Of a DNA stretch of 64,000 bases, positions 41,452-51,071 are shown in pieces. Under the pieces are notes generated by a model that was given only the letters and a program-made list of their open reading frames with translations, had not been told where the DNA came from and made no database searches. The DNA lies in NCBI GenBank assembly GCA_036741395.1, contig DAINSI010000001.1:14999-78998 (forward strand), read 5' to 3'. Within the stretch, counting starts at the first letter, position 1. Every line of letters begins with the position of its first letter. The stretch is from Candidatus Dormiibacterota bacterium (lineage in GTDB: Bacteria > Chloroflexota > Dormibacteria > DASZGP01). Both the position numbers and the translations under genes were made by a program.

Positions 41452-42550
41452 TCCCGAGTTGGCCGAGACCCTGAGGACATCGCTCTACGATCGCCACCTG
41501 GCGGCGGGTGCGCAGATGGTCGAGTTCGGCGGCTGGAGCATGCCGCTGCAGTACTCGTCGATGCGCGAAGAGCACCAGGCCGTGCGCCAGGCCGCGGGGC
41601 TGTTTGACGTGTCCCACATGGGTGAATTCCACATGCAGGGACCGCGGGCGGAGGCCACGCTGGAGCGAATCGTCACCAACCGCGTCGGCGACCTGGTTGA
41701 CGGCCAGGCGCGCTACAACCTGCTCTGCAATGAGGCGGGGGGAATTGTCGATGACACCCTCGTCTACCGCCTTGCGCCGGAGCGCTACATGGTCGTGGTC
41801 AACGCCGGGCCTCGTGAGCATGACCTTGCCCACATCGTCGCGGTGGCCGGCGACCAACCGGTCGACGACGCCACCACGACGACCGCCCTGCTGGCGGTGC
41901 AGGGACCGCGCGCGATCGAGATCCTGCGGCCGCTTACCAACCTCGCCCTGGATGACATCGGCTATTACCACCACGCCGAGGGGCGCCTGGGGGACATCGA
42001 GGGACGGTTCAGCCGCACCGGGTACACCGGGGAGGATGGGTTTGAGATCTTCATGCCCTGGGACGCAGCCCCCACGGCCTGGGACCTGATCCTCGAGGCC
42101 GGCGCACCTGCCGCCCTCCGTCCGTGCGGCCTCGGCGCCCGCGACACTCTGCGGCTGGAGGCCTCGATGCGGCTCTCCGGCCAGGACATCGGCGAATCGA
42201 CCAACCCCTTGGAGGCGGGGCTGGGGTGGGCGGTCAAGCTCGACAAGGGCGACTTCATCGGCCGGGAGGCGATCCAGCGGATCAAGAATGACGGCCCGGC
42301 GCGCGCCTACATCGGGCTGGCGCTGGAGGGCAGGGCGATCGCGCGTCACGGCTACCGGGTCAACGACGGCGGGCGCGACGTGGGCGAGGTAACCTCGGGG
42401 ACGTTTTCATTTACTCTCGGCAGGGCGGTGGCGACCGGCTATGTCGAGCGGGGGTCGGCCGACTCGGCGGCACTCTCCGTGGAAGTTCGTGGGCAGGCGG
42501 TCGCCGCGCGGCGGGAGCCGATGCCCTTCTACAAACGTCAGAGGAGCTGA
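41411..42550 (+). CDS. gcvT: Glycine cleavage system aminomethyltransferase T
   Basis: SLYDRHLAAGAQMVEFGGWSMPLQY, FDVSHMGEF and TGYTGEDGFEI. An alternative TTG start at 41459 (MAETLRTSLYD) would remove the 41-nt overlap with the upstream gene. Confidence 0.92.
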   Translation: MVMARARCAGLLADPELAETLRTSLYDRHLAAGAQMVEFGGWSMPLQYSSMREEHQAVRQAAGLFDVSHMGEFHMQGPRAEATLERIVTNRVGDLVDGQARYNLLCNEAGGIVDDTLVYRLAPERYMVVVNAGPREHDLAHIVAVAGDQPVDDATTTTALLAVQGPRAIEILRPLTNLALDDIGYYHHAEGRLGDIEGRFSRTGYTGEDGFEIFMPWDAAPTAWDLILEAGAPAALRPCGLGARDTLRLEASMRLSGQDIGESTNPLEAGLGWAVKLDKGDFIGREAIQRIKNDGPARAYIGLALEGRAIARHGYRVNDGGRDVGEVTSGTFSFTLGRAVATGYVERGSADSAALSVEVRGQAVAARREPMPFYKRQRS

Positions 42551-42928
42551 ATGGACCTATCCAAACACTGCTTCAGCAAGAGCCACGAGTGGGTCGTCGT
42601 GGACGGCGAAACAGCTCGGATCGGCATCACCGATTACGCCCAGGCCCAGCTCGGCGACGTCATCTACGTGGAGCTGCCCAAGCCGGGTACCGAGATCACC
42701 GCCGGTGGCAAGTTCGGCGTCATCGAATCGGTGAAGGCGGCCTCCGACCTCTATTCACCGGTGAGCGGGCGGGTGAAAGCGGCCAACGACGCCCTGACGC
42801 AGACCCCCGAAGCCGTCAACAGCGACCCCTACGCCGGCGGCTGGATGCTTCAGCTGGAGCTGACCGGGCCCCCGTCGGACGAGTTGCTCGACGAGGCGGG
42901 CTACAAAGCCTTCACCGAGGGACTCTGA
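42551..42928 (+). CDS. gcvH: Glycine cleavage system protein H
   Basis: 125-aa ORF with HEWVVVDGETARIGITDYAQ and the lipoyl-lysine motif ESVKAASD. Confidence 0.95.
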   Translation: MDLSKHCFSKSHEWVVVDGETARIGITDYAQAQLGDVIYVELPKPGTEITAGGKFGVIESVKAASDLYSPVSGRVKAANDALTQTPEAVNSDPYAGGWMLQLELTGPPSDELLDEAGYKAFTEGL

Positions 42929-42948
42929 CGGCCCTCACCGAACCCCAC

Positions 42949-44286
42949 GTGGACCACCGCTACCTGCCGCTGTCCGAAGCCGACCGCCGCCAGATGCTCG
43001 ACACCATCGGCGTGGCCAGCCAGGAGGATCTCTTCGCCTCGGTGCCCGAGGACCTCAAGGGCCGGGTGCACCTCCCGGACGGCCTGTCGGAGCTGGAACT
43101 GACCGAGGAATTCGCCTGGTTTGCGCGCCGCAACCAGGACCTCACCCAGTGGCACAGCTTCCTCGGCGCCGGCGCCTACCGGCGCTTCACCCCGGCCGCC
43201 GTGCTGCAGGTCATCTCGCGGCCGGAATTCTTCACCGCCTACACCCCCTACCAGGCCGAGGCCAGCCAGGGCTGGCTGCAGACCATCTTCGAGTTCCAGT
43301 CGATGATCGCCGAGCTCACCGGCATGGACTACGCCAACGCCTCGATGTACGAGGGCGCGACGGCGCTGGCCGAGGCCGCCATGATGGCCGTTGCGCACAC
43401 CGGGCGGCACAAGGTGGTCGTCGCCGGGGCGGTTCACCCCGAATACATTGCGGTGCTGCGAACTTACGCCGCCGGTCGCGGTGTGGAGGTGGAGACGGTG
43501 CGCGGCGACCACGGCCGCGCCGACCTGGAACGGTTGCAGCAGGAGCTCGCAACGAGCGCCGCCGTGGTCTTCCAGTACCCCAACTTCTTCGGCCTCCTGG
43601 AGAACGCCGAGCAGCTCTGCGCCATGGCCCACGACGCGGGCGCCCTCGCCGTCGTGGCCTCCGACCCGGTGGCCCTGTCCGTGCTCAGGCCCCCCGGCGA
43701 GTTCGGCGCTGACATCGCCGTCGGCGAGTGCCAGTCGCTGGGCATCCCGCTCTGGTACGGCGGTCCGTACTGCGGCTACCTCGCCGCCCGCGAGCCCCTG
43801 CTGCGCCGCATCCCGGGCAGGCTGGTGGGCCAGACCGTCGACCACGAGGGGCGGCGCGGCTTCGTGCTCACGCTGCAGGCGCGGGAGCAGCACATCCGCC
43901 GCGAGTCGGCCACCAGCAACATCTGCACCAACCAGGCCCTGATCGCGCTCGGCGCCACCGCCTACATGGCGGTGATGGGCGGGGAGGGGCTGCGGCGGGT
44001 GGCCGAGATCAGCACCCAGCGCGCGCACCACCTCGCCGCTGCCGCCGCTGCCCGCCCGGGCTACTCGCTGGCCTTCGACGCACCCTACCTCTGGGAATTC
44101 GTGCTGCGCTGTCCGCACCCCGCGGCAGAGGTGCTGGCGGCAATGCGCCAGAGGGGCGTTCTCGGCGGGGTGGACCTGGGATCGCTGCGTCTGCTGGAAA
44201 CGCCGATGGCCGACTGCCTGCTGGTGGCGGTGACGGAGATGAACGGCCGCGCCTCACTCGACGCCTTTGTGGAGGCGCTGCCATGA
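42949..44286 (+). CDS. gcvPA: Glycine dehydrogenase (decarboxylating) subunit 1
   Basis: Track ORF 42589-44286 was trimmed to the GTG at 42949 (VDHRYLPLSEADRRQMLDTIGV), giving 445 aa. FLGAGAYRRFTPAAV and TPYQAEASQG are typical. Confidence 0.9.
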   Translation: MDHRYLPLSEADRRQMLDTIGVASQEDLFASVPEDLKGRVHLPDGLSELELTEEFAWFARRNQDLTQWHSFLGAGAYRRFTPAAVLQVISRPEFFTAYTPYQAEASQGWLQTIFEFQSMIAELTGMDYANASMYEGATALAEAAMMAVAHTGRHKVVVAGAVHPEYIAVLRTYAAGRGVEVETVRGDHGRADLERLQQELATSAAVVFQYPNFFGLLENAEQLCAMAHDAGALAVVASDPVALSVLRPPGEFGADIAVGECQSLGIPLWYGGPYCGYLAAREPLLRRIPGRLVGQTVDHEGRRGFVLTLQAREQHIRRESATSNICTNQALIALGATAYMAVMGGEGLRRVAEISTQRAHHLAAAAAARPGYSLAFDAPYLWEFVLRCPHPAAEVLAAMRQRGVLGGVDLGSLRLLETPMADCLLVAVTEMNGRASLDAFVEALP

Positions 44287-45848
44287 GCGCCGAGGTCCGG
44301 AGCGAGGCGTCATGGGCCGGTGAGGAGCCGCTCATCATTGAGCTCCGCCATCACCCGCATGGGGGTCCGCAGCTGCCTCCGGCCGGCGTCGCCACGACCG
44401 CGCTCGAAGAGCTGGTCCCCGCCGCGCAGCTCCGCACCGTGCCGCTGCCGCTGCCCACCACCAGCGAGCCGGAGGTGCTGCGGCATTTCGGCCGCCTGGC
44501 GCGGCGCACGTTCTCACTGCAGCAGGGTCTCTACCCGCTGGGCAGCTGCACCATGAAATATAACCCCGCGGTGAACGAGGCGCTGGTGCGGCTCGAAGGC
44601 TTCGCGGCGCTGCACCCTTACCAGCCCGAGGACACCGTCCAGGGCGCGCTGGGGATGCTCTGGGAGCTGCAGTCGTGGCTTGGCGAGATCACGGGCATGG
44701 ACCAGGTCAGCATCCAGCCGGCGGCCGGCGCTCACGGCGAGTGGACCGGGTTGCGCATCATCCAGGCCTACCTCGCGGACACCGGGCACACTCACCGCGA
44801 CACCGTTCTGGTCCCCGACTCGGCCCACGGCACCAACCCGGCCTCGGCCACCATGGCGGGGCTCAAGAGCGTGACCGTGAAGTCGACCTCCCAGGGCCTG
44901 GTCGACCTCGATGACTACCGCGCCAAGCTCGGCGACCACGTGGCCGCGGTGATGCTGACCAACCCCAACACCCTGGGCCTCTTCGAGCGCGACATCAAAG
45001 AGATCGCGCGGCTGGCCCACGAGGCCGGCGCCCTGCTCTACTACGACGGCGCTAACCTCAACGCGCTGGTGGGCCTGGCGCGGCCGGGTGACATGGGCTT
45101 CGACGTCGTCCACCTCAACCTCCACAAGACCTTCTCGACCCCCCACGGCGGCGGCGGCCCGGGTGCCGGCCCGGTGGGGGTGAAATCCCGGCTGGCGCCG
45201 TATCTCCCGGTCCCCGTCCTGGCGGCCAGGGACACCGGCGCTGAGGGCCCGACCGAGATCTACCTCGACTGGGAGCGGCCCAGCAGCATTGGCAAGGTGC
45301 GCAGCTTCATCGGCAACTTCGCGGTGCTCGTGAAGGCCTTCGCCTACATGCGCGCCTACGGCGGCTCAGGGCTGCGCCAGGTCGCCATGGACGCCGTCCT
45401 CAACGCGAATTACCTCAAGGCGCGCCTGAGCGAGGTGTTCGACGTCGCCTCCGACGAGCCCAGCCTGCACGAGTTCGTCCTCACCACCAAAAAGGCCAAG
45501 GAGCATGGCGTCAAGAACATCGACATCGCCAAGCGGCTGCTCGACTACGGCTTCTACGCGCCGACCGTGAGCTTCCCGCTGACCGTTCCGGAGGCGCTGA
45601 TGGTGGAGCCCACAGAGACCGAGTCCCGGGAGACGCTGGACGCGTTCGTGGCCGCCATGTCCCAGATCTGGGGCGAGATCCAGGAGGATCCTGCCTTCGT
45701 CCAGTCGGCCCCCCACGAGACCCCGGTGAGCCGGTTGGACGAGGTGCAGGCGGCCCGGCAACCGCGGCTCACGTGGCGCTCAGTCAGGCCAGGTGCGACG
45801 CCACCCATCGCGAAAGGCGTGGATAGCGCGAGAGCAGACTCGCGATGA
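44283..45848 (+). CDS. gcvPB: Glycine dehydrogenase (decarboxylating) subunit 2
   Basis: The ATG at 44283 overlaps the gcvPA stop (ATGA). Motifs include YPLGSCTMKYNP and NLHKTFSTPHGGGGPGAGP (PLP lysine). The 3-prime end overlaps the convergent GT2 gene. Confidence 0.9.
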   Translation: MSAEVRSEASWAGEEPLIIELRHHPHGGPQLPPAGVATTALEELVPAAQLRTVPLPLPTTSEPEVLRHFGRLARRTFSLQQGLYPLGSCTMKYNPAVNEALVRLEGFAALHPYQPEDTVQGALGMLWELQSWLGEITGMDQVSIQPAAGAHGEWTGLRIIQAYLADTGHTHRDTVLVPDSAHGTNPASATMAGLKSVTVKSTSQGLVDLDDYRAKLGDHVAAVMLTNPNTLGLFERDIKEIARLAHEAGALLYYDGANLNALVGLARPGDMGFDVVHLNLHKTFSTPHGGGGPGAGPVGVKSRLAPYLPVPVLAARDTGAEGPTEIYLDWERPSSIGKVRSFIGNFAVLVKAFAYMRAYGGSGLRQVAMDAVLNANYLKARLSEVFDVASDEPSLHEFVLTTKKAKEHGVKNIDIAKRLLDYGFYAPTVSFPLTVPEALMVEPTETESRETLDAFVAAMSQIWGEIQEDPAFVQSAPHETPVSRLDEVQAARQPRLTWRSVRPGATPPIAKGVDSARADSR

Positions 45849-46752
45849 TCCAGCCCGTCCGCAGGTAACTCATGAACTCTTCGTCGGCCTGGGCGACCGT
45901 GACCGAGCCGCGGCGCCTGCGCCAGGCGTTCATGAGTCGCCGCCGGTTCGCGCCGCCATACATCCGGACCGCGAAGTAGGTCCGGATGGGCGCACCCAGC
46001 ACGTCGGCGCCGATCCGCTCCAGGTGGCGGGCGTGCCCGAAGCCCCGTTGGAAGTACATCCTCCGGATCCATGGCCACTCGAGACGGCGGCTGTCGATGC
46101 GGTGCAGGACCACCGCGTCGGGCGCATAGGCGATTTCGGTAACGCGGGCCATCTCGCTGATCAGCACGAACTCCTCGTAATCCACCTTGAGCGCGCCATT
46201 CGGCCCGAGGGTGGGGTCGAAGGGCGCGGCGTGCCCGCCGAACATCGGTCGGGCAATGGCCATGTTCGCGCCGATGACGCCACGCGGCTCGAGCCGTCGG
46301 GGTGCTTCCCCGTGGTCCCGCACGCCAAGGTCGTCGATCGTCGTCCCACCCATCCACGGCGGTGGATCGCGCGGCCATTGTGGCAGGACGCGGCCCCCGA
46401 CCACGCCGGTCTTGGCGGTGATTGCGCCCGTCAATGCGTCCGCCCACCCGTCCTGGACGATGACGTCGTCGTCGGTGAAGAGCAGGATCGATCCGGTCGA
46501 TGCAGCCAGGCCGGTGTTCAGCGCCGAGGACTTTCCGGGCGTTTCTTCGCGGAGATAACGGACCGGGATCGCGGCCTTTGCGCCGACCGCCTCGACGATC
46601 ACCCGGGTGTCGTCCGTCGACCCGTTGTCGACGACGACCACCTCGCGGGTTACGACCGAGGAGTCGGCCTGGATCGACCGCAGGGCATCGGCCAGCCGGC
46701 CGGCGCGGTTCAGCGTGCAGATGATGATTGACGCGGTGGGCTGCGTGCTCAT
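45784..46752 (-). CDS. GT2-family glycosyltransferase
   Basis: Trimmed to the ATG at 46752 (MSTQPTASIIICTLNRAG), which overlaps the upstream GT4 stop (ATGA). VVVVDNGSTDDT and FTDDD are present. Confidence 0.8.
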   Translation of the reverse strand: MSTQPTASIIICTLNRAGRLADALRSIQADSSVVTREVVVVDNGSTDDTRVIVEAVGAKAAIPVRYLREETPGKSSALNTGLAASTGSILLFTDDDVIVQDGWADALTGAITAKTGVVGGRVLPQWPRDPPPWMGGTTIDDLGVRDHGEAPRRLEPRGVIGANMAIARPMFGGHAAPFDPTLGPNGALKVDYEEFVLISEMARVTEIAYAPDAVVLHRIDSRRLEWPWIRRMYFQRGFGHARHLERIGADVLGAPIRTYFAVRMYGGANRRRLMNAWRRRRGSVTVAQADEEFMSYLRTGWIIASLLSRYPRLSRWVASHLA

Positions 46753-47891
46753 CGCTCGCTGCCCGCAGCGTAGAGCCGGCTGAAGTCCGCCGCCAGGTTC
46801 TTCCAGTCGAACCGCTCGGCAGAGGCGCGGCAAGCTGCCGTGGTCCCGGGTCGTGATGAGATGTCAAGGGCCTGCACCAGGGCCTCGGCGACCGAGTCGT
46901 CGCTGCCGGGGTCGCAAAGGACGCCTGTCACGCCGGGGCTCACCAGCTCGGGCAGGGCGGCGTCGTTCCCTGCCACCACCGGCGTACCGCATGCGAGCGA
47001 TTCCAATATCGCCATCCCAAAGGAGTCACCGTACGACGGTAGCGCCGTCACCCAGGCCCTCCCGTACCGCTCTGCCTGGTCACCCGAGCCTCCGATTGGG
47101 AGGGCATCGACCGCGTCGCGGACTTCGGCAGGCGCCCCGGCGATCAGAGCGGTGGCGTCCCCGGGCCCGCTCAGCCACACGCGCAGACCCGGGTGACGCC
47201 GACGCACGACGGCCGCCGCTCGCAGCAGCCGGGCGACGCCCTTGTGTGGCTCGTCGAGCGCGCCCGAAAATAGGATCGTGGGCTGCGACGCTCGCGCCGG
47301 GGCCGGCATCAGCTCGTCGGTGTTCACGCCACCCGGGGTCAGCACCCCGTCGCGACCATATTCCTCCTCGAGGATGCGAAGGCCAAACCGCGACATGCAG
47401 CCGTAGACGTCCACCTCCCGCACCACGCGTTCATGGGCGCGCCCGTCCGGCCGGGGCTCCCACCACGCGCGCCAGGGAATTCCGAGGTTGGTGTACACCG
47501 AGCGCCCGCAGCGCCCCAGCCGCGCCGCGCGAATCGCGGCCACCGCGTCACGCGGGCCGAGGGCGTGGACGGCGTCGAAGCGAGCCTTCGCCAGCCGCGG
47601 GACGAGCGCGAGCCCGAAGAGCATTTCGTGGCGCGCTCCGGCCGGCGCGAGCTGACGGAGTCGCACGGTGGTGACCCCGCCTGTTCGCTGCACCCCCGGA
47701 TGCCGGCCGGCGGTGTATACGGTCACCGTGTGGCCACCGGCCGCGAGCGCCCGACTCAGCTCGTAAATGATTCGTTCTGCCCCCCGGCGAACCTCGGGCC
47801 AGGAGTACGCGTGGGTCAGGGCAATTCGCAACTGTTCAGCCTGTTCCTCTGGTCTGCAAGGCCGGTTTCCCGGCACGGCGGAGGCAAGCAT
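46749..47891 (-). CDS. GT4/GT1-family glycosyltransferase
   Basis: Track ORF trimmed to the ATG at 47891. The GT-B C-terminal motif reads ALPSYGDSFGMAILESLACGTPVVA. Confidence 0.8.
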   Translation of the reverse strand: MLASAVPGNRPCRPEEQAEQLRIALTHAYSWPEVRRGAERIIYELSRALAAGGHTVTVYTAGRHPGVQRTGGVTTVRLRQLAPAGARHEMLFGLALVPRLAKARFDAVHALGPRDAVAAIRAARLGRCGRSVYTNLGIPWRAWWEPRPDGRAHERVVREVDVYGCMSRFGLRILEEEYGRDGVLTPGGVNTDELMPAPARASQPTILFSGALDEPHKGVARLLRAAAVVRRRHPGLRVWLSGPGDATALIAGAPAEVRDAVDALPIGGSGDQAERYGRAWVTALPSYGDSFGMAILESLACGTPVVAGNDAALPELVSPGVTGVLCDPGSDDSVAEALVQALDISSRPGTTAACRASAERFDWKNLAADFSRLYAAGSER

Positions 47892-47948
47892 AGGTGCCCG
47901 GGAGGTTCGCGCTGCCGACGACGAGCCGTCTATATACTCCGCAGTCCG

Positions 47949-48671
47949 ATGACCAGCGCGCCGCCCGCTGCAGACCCCGGGGCCTTCGTCCAGGACCGTC
48001 CGAACAACCTCCGCAACGCCGTGCCCTGGCACCCCTACGCACAGCTCATTCGTGAGCTCCCGGCCGCCATCGAGACACTGGTTTCGGACCTGCACCTGGG
48101 CCCCGGATCGCGCGTCCTCGACTATGGTTGCGCCGAGCTGCCGTACCGCCATCTATTCCCGGACGACGTGGAAGTTGTCGGCGCCGACCTCCCGGGAAAT
48201 CCCCACGCCAGCGTGCTCATCCGGCCCGACGGGACCCTACCCGTCGAGGACGGCAGTTTCGACGCCATCCTCTCCACCCAGGTTCTGGAACACGCGCGCG
48301 ATCCGCGCCTGTACGTCGCGGAGTGCTTCCGAGTCCTGCGCCCGGGCGGGCGGTTGCTGCTGACCACCCACGGGGTGTTCGTCTACCATCCCGACCCGGT
48401 CGACTACTGGCGATGGACCTGCGCCGGCCTCCGCTGCGAGGTCGAGTTGGCGGGCTTCGAGGTGGCGCGCTTCCGGGGGATCGTCGGGCTCCTCGCGACC
48501 GGGCTGCAGCTGGTCCACGACGGCCTCTACACCAGGTTCCCGCGCTGGCTGCGCCCCCTCATGACCTACTGCCTGCAGGCCCTGATGACGGCGGCCGAGA
48601 GGTGGGACACCACGGATCGCGAGCTCAACGCCATGGTGTACGGCCTGGTGGCGCTCAAGCCCGCGGACTGA
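47949..48671 (+). CDS. Class I SAM-dependent methyltransferase (Methyltransf_11-like)
   Basis: From the ATG at 47949, 240 aa. Motifs VLDYGCAELPY, FDAILSTQVLEH and LRPGGRLLLTT. Confidence 0.8.
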   Translation: MTSAPPAADPGAFVQDRPNNLRNAVPWHPYAQLIRELPAAIETLVSDLHLGPGSRVLDYGCAELPYRHLFPDDVEVVGADLPGNPHASVLIRPDGTLPVEDGSFDAILSTQVLEHARDPRLYVAECFRVLRPGGRLLLTTHGVFVYHPDPVDYWRWTCAGLRCEVELAGFEVARFRGIVGLLATGLQLVHDGLYTRFPRWLRPLMTYCLQALMTAAERWDTTDRELNAMVYGLVALKPAD

Positions 48672-48676
48672 CCGGG

Positions 48677-49610
48677 GTGCGGCGCCTGGACGTGGCCTGC
48701 GCCTCTGACGCCGCCTACGTCCCCCACACTGCGGCGATGCTGCACTCGATCCTGGCGATCGATGGTGCGGCGGTGCACGTCCACTACCTCCACGGTCCGA
48801 GCTTCCCCGTCGACCTCCAGCGACGCCTGACGCGGATGGTGCAGGGAATGGGGGCTGAACATCTCCTTCATCGCCATACCGGACCAATGGATCGCCGGGC
48901 TCGCCGCTCCCGGTGGGCACCAGACGCTGGCGACGTGGTACCGGATATTCCTCCCCGCCCTGCTGCCCCAGGTTGACCGCATCCTCTACCTCGACGGGGA
49001 CACCCTGGCCGTCGAATCGGTCGCGCCGCTGTGGGAGCTCGACCTCGGTGATGCCTACGTCGCCGCGGTGACCAACGTCTTCGAGCCCTGGTTCCTGCAC
49101 CGGCCCGGGGTGCTCGGACTGACCGGACCGCAAGCCTATTTCAACGCCGGGATCCTGCTGATGAACCTCGACCTGATGCGCAAAGATGGCTCAACCGAGG
49201 CGCTGCTCAATTACTCGCTCGACCACATCGACAAACTGATGTGGGTGGACCAGGACGCGCTCAACGTGGTCCTCGGGCACAGACGCCACGTGCTCCGCCC
49301 GCGCTGGAACTGCATGAACGCGGTCATCCATCTGCCGTGGGCCACGGACGCGTTCGCCATCGAGGAGCTGGAGGAGGCACGAACCCACCCGGCCATCCGC
49401 CACTTCGAGGGGCCGCCGGTGTGCAAGCCGTGGCACTACCTGTGCGAGCAGTCCATGCGCGACCTGTATTTCGAGCACCGTCAACAGACGCCGTGGCCGG
49501 ATGTCCGAATCGAGGGCCGGACGCCGCGCGCCATCGTGTCGCGCCTGCTGCGCGACGCCCGCCTCCGGGTCGCCAGCGCCCGGGCGGCGGCCCCACCGCC
49601 CGGCGGTTAG
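48677..49610 (+). pseudogene. GT8-family glycosyltransferase interrupted by a frameshift at a G5 run
   Basis: One frame gives the N-terminal part (VRRLDVACASDAAYVPHTAAMLHSILA...LTRMVQGMG). The +1 frame gives the rest (LNISFIAIPDQW...ATWYRIFLPALLP...RILYLDGDTLAV...YFNAGILLMNL...DQDALN). The switch is at ATGGGGGCTG (48848-48857). Deleting one G restores a continuous GT8 ORF. Confidence 0.7.
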
Positions 49611-49615
49611 ACGCC

Positions 49616-50359
49616 TTAATGCTTGATGGCGATCCTGCCGGTGTAATCAATCCGGTTGAGCAGGATCGCGGGCTGGCCCTCGAAATATTCGTCGACGGCC
49701 CGCCGGCAACCCTCCCAATGCCCGTAGTCGTCGAGGATCAGCACCCCCGAATCGACCAGGCGCGGGTAGAGATGGACGAGCTCGTGGCGTGTGGATTCAT
49801 ACCAGTCGGTGTCCAGGCGGAGGAGGGCGATGGATGCCGGTGCCATCTCTGGCACGGTTTCCTCCACGGGCCCCCGCACCAGGTGGATCCGCTCGGGTGG
49901 GTATCCCGTGGCCAGGACGGTCGCCCGGACGACTTCCTCGCTGAAGGCCTCCGGGCCGTAGGCCTCTGCCCACGGCTGCTGGCCCGCGCGCTGAGCGGCG
50001 TCCCACTCTTCGAGCGCACTGGGACCGAATGACGAGACGTCGTGCTCTGTGGGCAGGGTCATCCCCTCGAAGCTGTCGAAGAGGTAGATGTCCCGGCTGA
50101 CGTCGTCCGCCTCCTGCAGCGCTGCGATCATCGCGACGACCGACCCGCCACGCCAGACGCCGCACTCCACGAGCGCGCCGGGAACGTCCCGGCGCGTGCA
50201 GTAGCGGGTCGCATCGACGAGCGCCTTTACGCGAGCTGCGCTGGTCATCGTGTAGGGCGCGGCGCGGGCGATGATCTCGCGGTCCGCGGGCGTCAGGTCG
50301 AGCATCGCCTCCGCGAGCTCGGCGGGCGGCGGCGCCTTCCCGGTCAGGCGGTTGGCCAC
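49616..50359 (-). CDS. TylF/MycF/NovP-type O-methyltransferase
   Basis: 247-aa ORF with GALVECGVWRGGS and LRLDTDWYESTRHELVHLYPRLVDSGVLILDDYGHWEGCRRAVDEY. Confidence 0.85.
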   Translation of the reverse strand: MANRLTGKAPPPAELAEAMLDLTPADREIIARAAPYTMTSAARVKALVDATRYCTRRDVPGALVECGVWRGGSVVAMIAALQEADDVSRDIYLFDSFEGMTLPTEHDVSSFGPSALEEWDAAQRAGQQPWAEAYGPEAFSEEVVRATVLATGYPPERIHLVRGPVEETVPEMAPASIALLRLDTDWYESTRHELVHLYPRLVDSGVLILDDYGHWEGCRRAVDEYFEGQPAILLNRIDYTGRIAIKH

Positions 50360-50368
50360 GTCAACACG

Positions 50369-51037
50369 TCAGCGTGTGCGGCGCAGCCAGCCATCCGGGC
50401 TGTGGCTGACCAGGTAGCGCTGGGACCGGTCGCGATCGACCTCGAAGCGGTCATCCTGCGCCAGGAACTGTCGCGTGGCGACCAGTGGCCCGGGCCGGGA
50501 GTCGGCGAATATCTCGAGCTCGTCGATGACGCCGTCCTGGACGAAGATGTATCCCCCGACAGGGACGAGGTCGGCGTAGCTGTGGAGTTCGGCGAGCACA
50601 TGCGGCGCGGAGTGATCGCTGTCGAGGAAAACCAGGGGACGCTTGGCGCCGTGCTCGGCGACGAGCTGGCGCACCCGGTCGACCACGTCCGGCGCGATCG
50701 ACGATCCCTCCAGGAACGTGATCCGCGGATGGGTGAAGTCGACCCTTTTGGCGATGTCGATGGTCGCGACGTGGCCCCGCCCGAGGAGGTCGAACAGTGA
50801 CGCGAAGAAGAAGGCCGACCCGCCCTGGTTGGTCCCGCACTCAATGACAAAATCGACGTCATCGTCGTAGATCGACTCCTGCAGCGTCCACGCGTCGGCG
50901 AGGTTCTGCCAGATCGGTTTGCCCAGCCATTTGACCGTCTGGTAGTTGCGGGTGTGGCTGATCAGCGCGAGCTTGGCGGCGAGCGTCACCGAGAGTGCAT
51001 CGGGGGGGCGCAACGCGGCCCGCATGCGGTCGAGCAT
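50369..51037 (-). CDS. CmcI/cephalosporin-hydroxylase-family methyltransferase (sugar O-methyltransferase-like)
   Basis: The ORF runs to 51160. The ATG at 51037 is preferred because it avoids overlap with the divergent gene. GKPIWQNLADAWTLQE and IECGTNQGGSAFFFA are present. Confidence 0.75.
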   Translation of the reverse strand: MLDRMRAALRPPDALSVTLAAKLALISHTRNYQTVKWLGKPIWQNLADAWTLQESIYDDDVDFVIECGTNQGGSAFFFASLFDLLGRGHVATIDIAKRVDFTHPRITFLEGSSIAPDVVDRVRQLVAEHGAKRPLVFLDSDHSAPHVLAELHSYADLVPVGGYIFVQDGVIDELEIFADSRPGPLVATRQFLAQDDRFEVDRDRSQRYLVSHSPDGWLRRTR

Positions 51038-51071
51038 CGGTCGCGAGACTATCAGCAGGGCCTCGGGTAGG

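Noticed and set aside
40708-41458. Glycine riboswitch upstream of gcvT
   Set aside because: gcvT abuts or overlaps the preceding methyltransferase gene, and only 24 nt precede that gene. There is no room for the tandem-aptamer leader, and no GGAGAG...CACCG-type core was seen.
48128-48976. 282-aa ORF as an independent Arg-rich protein
   Set aside because: Its only meaningful segment (VRRLDVACASDAAYVPHTAAMLHSILA...) is the N-terminus of the frameshifted GT8 gene. The rest is out-of-frame read-through of the methyltransferase and GT8 genes.
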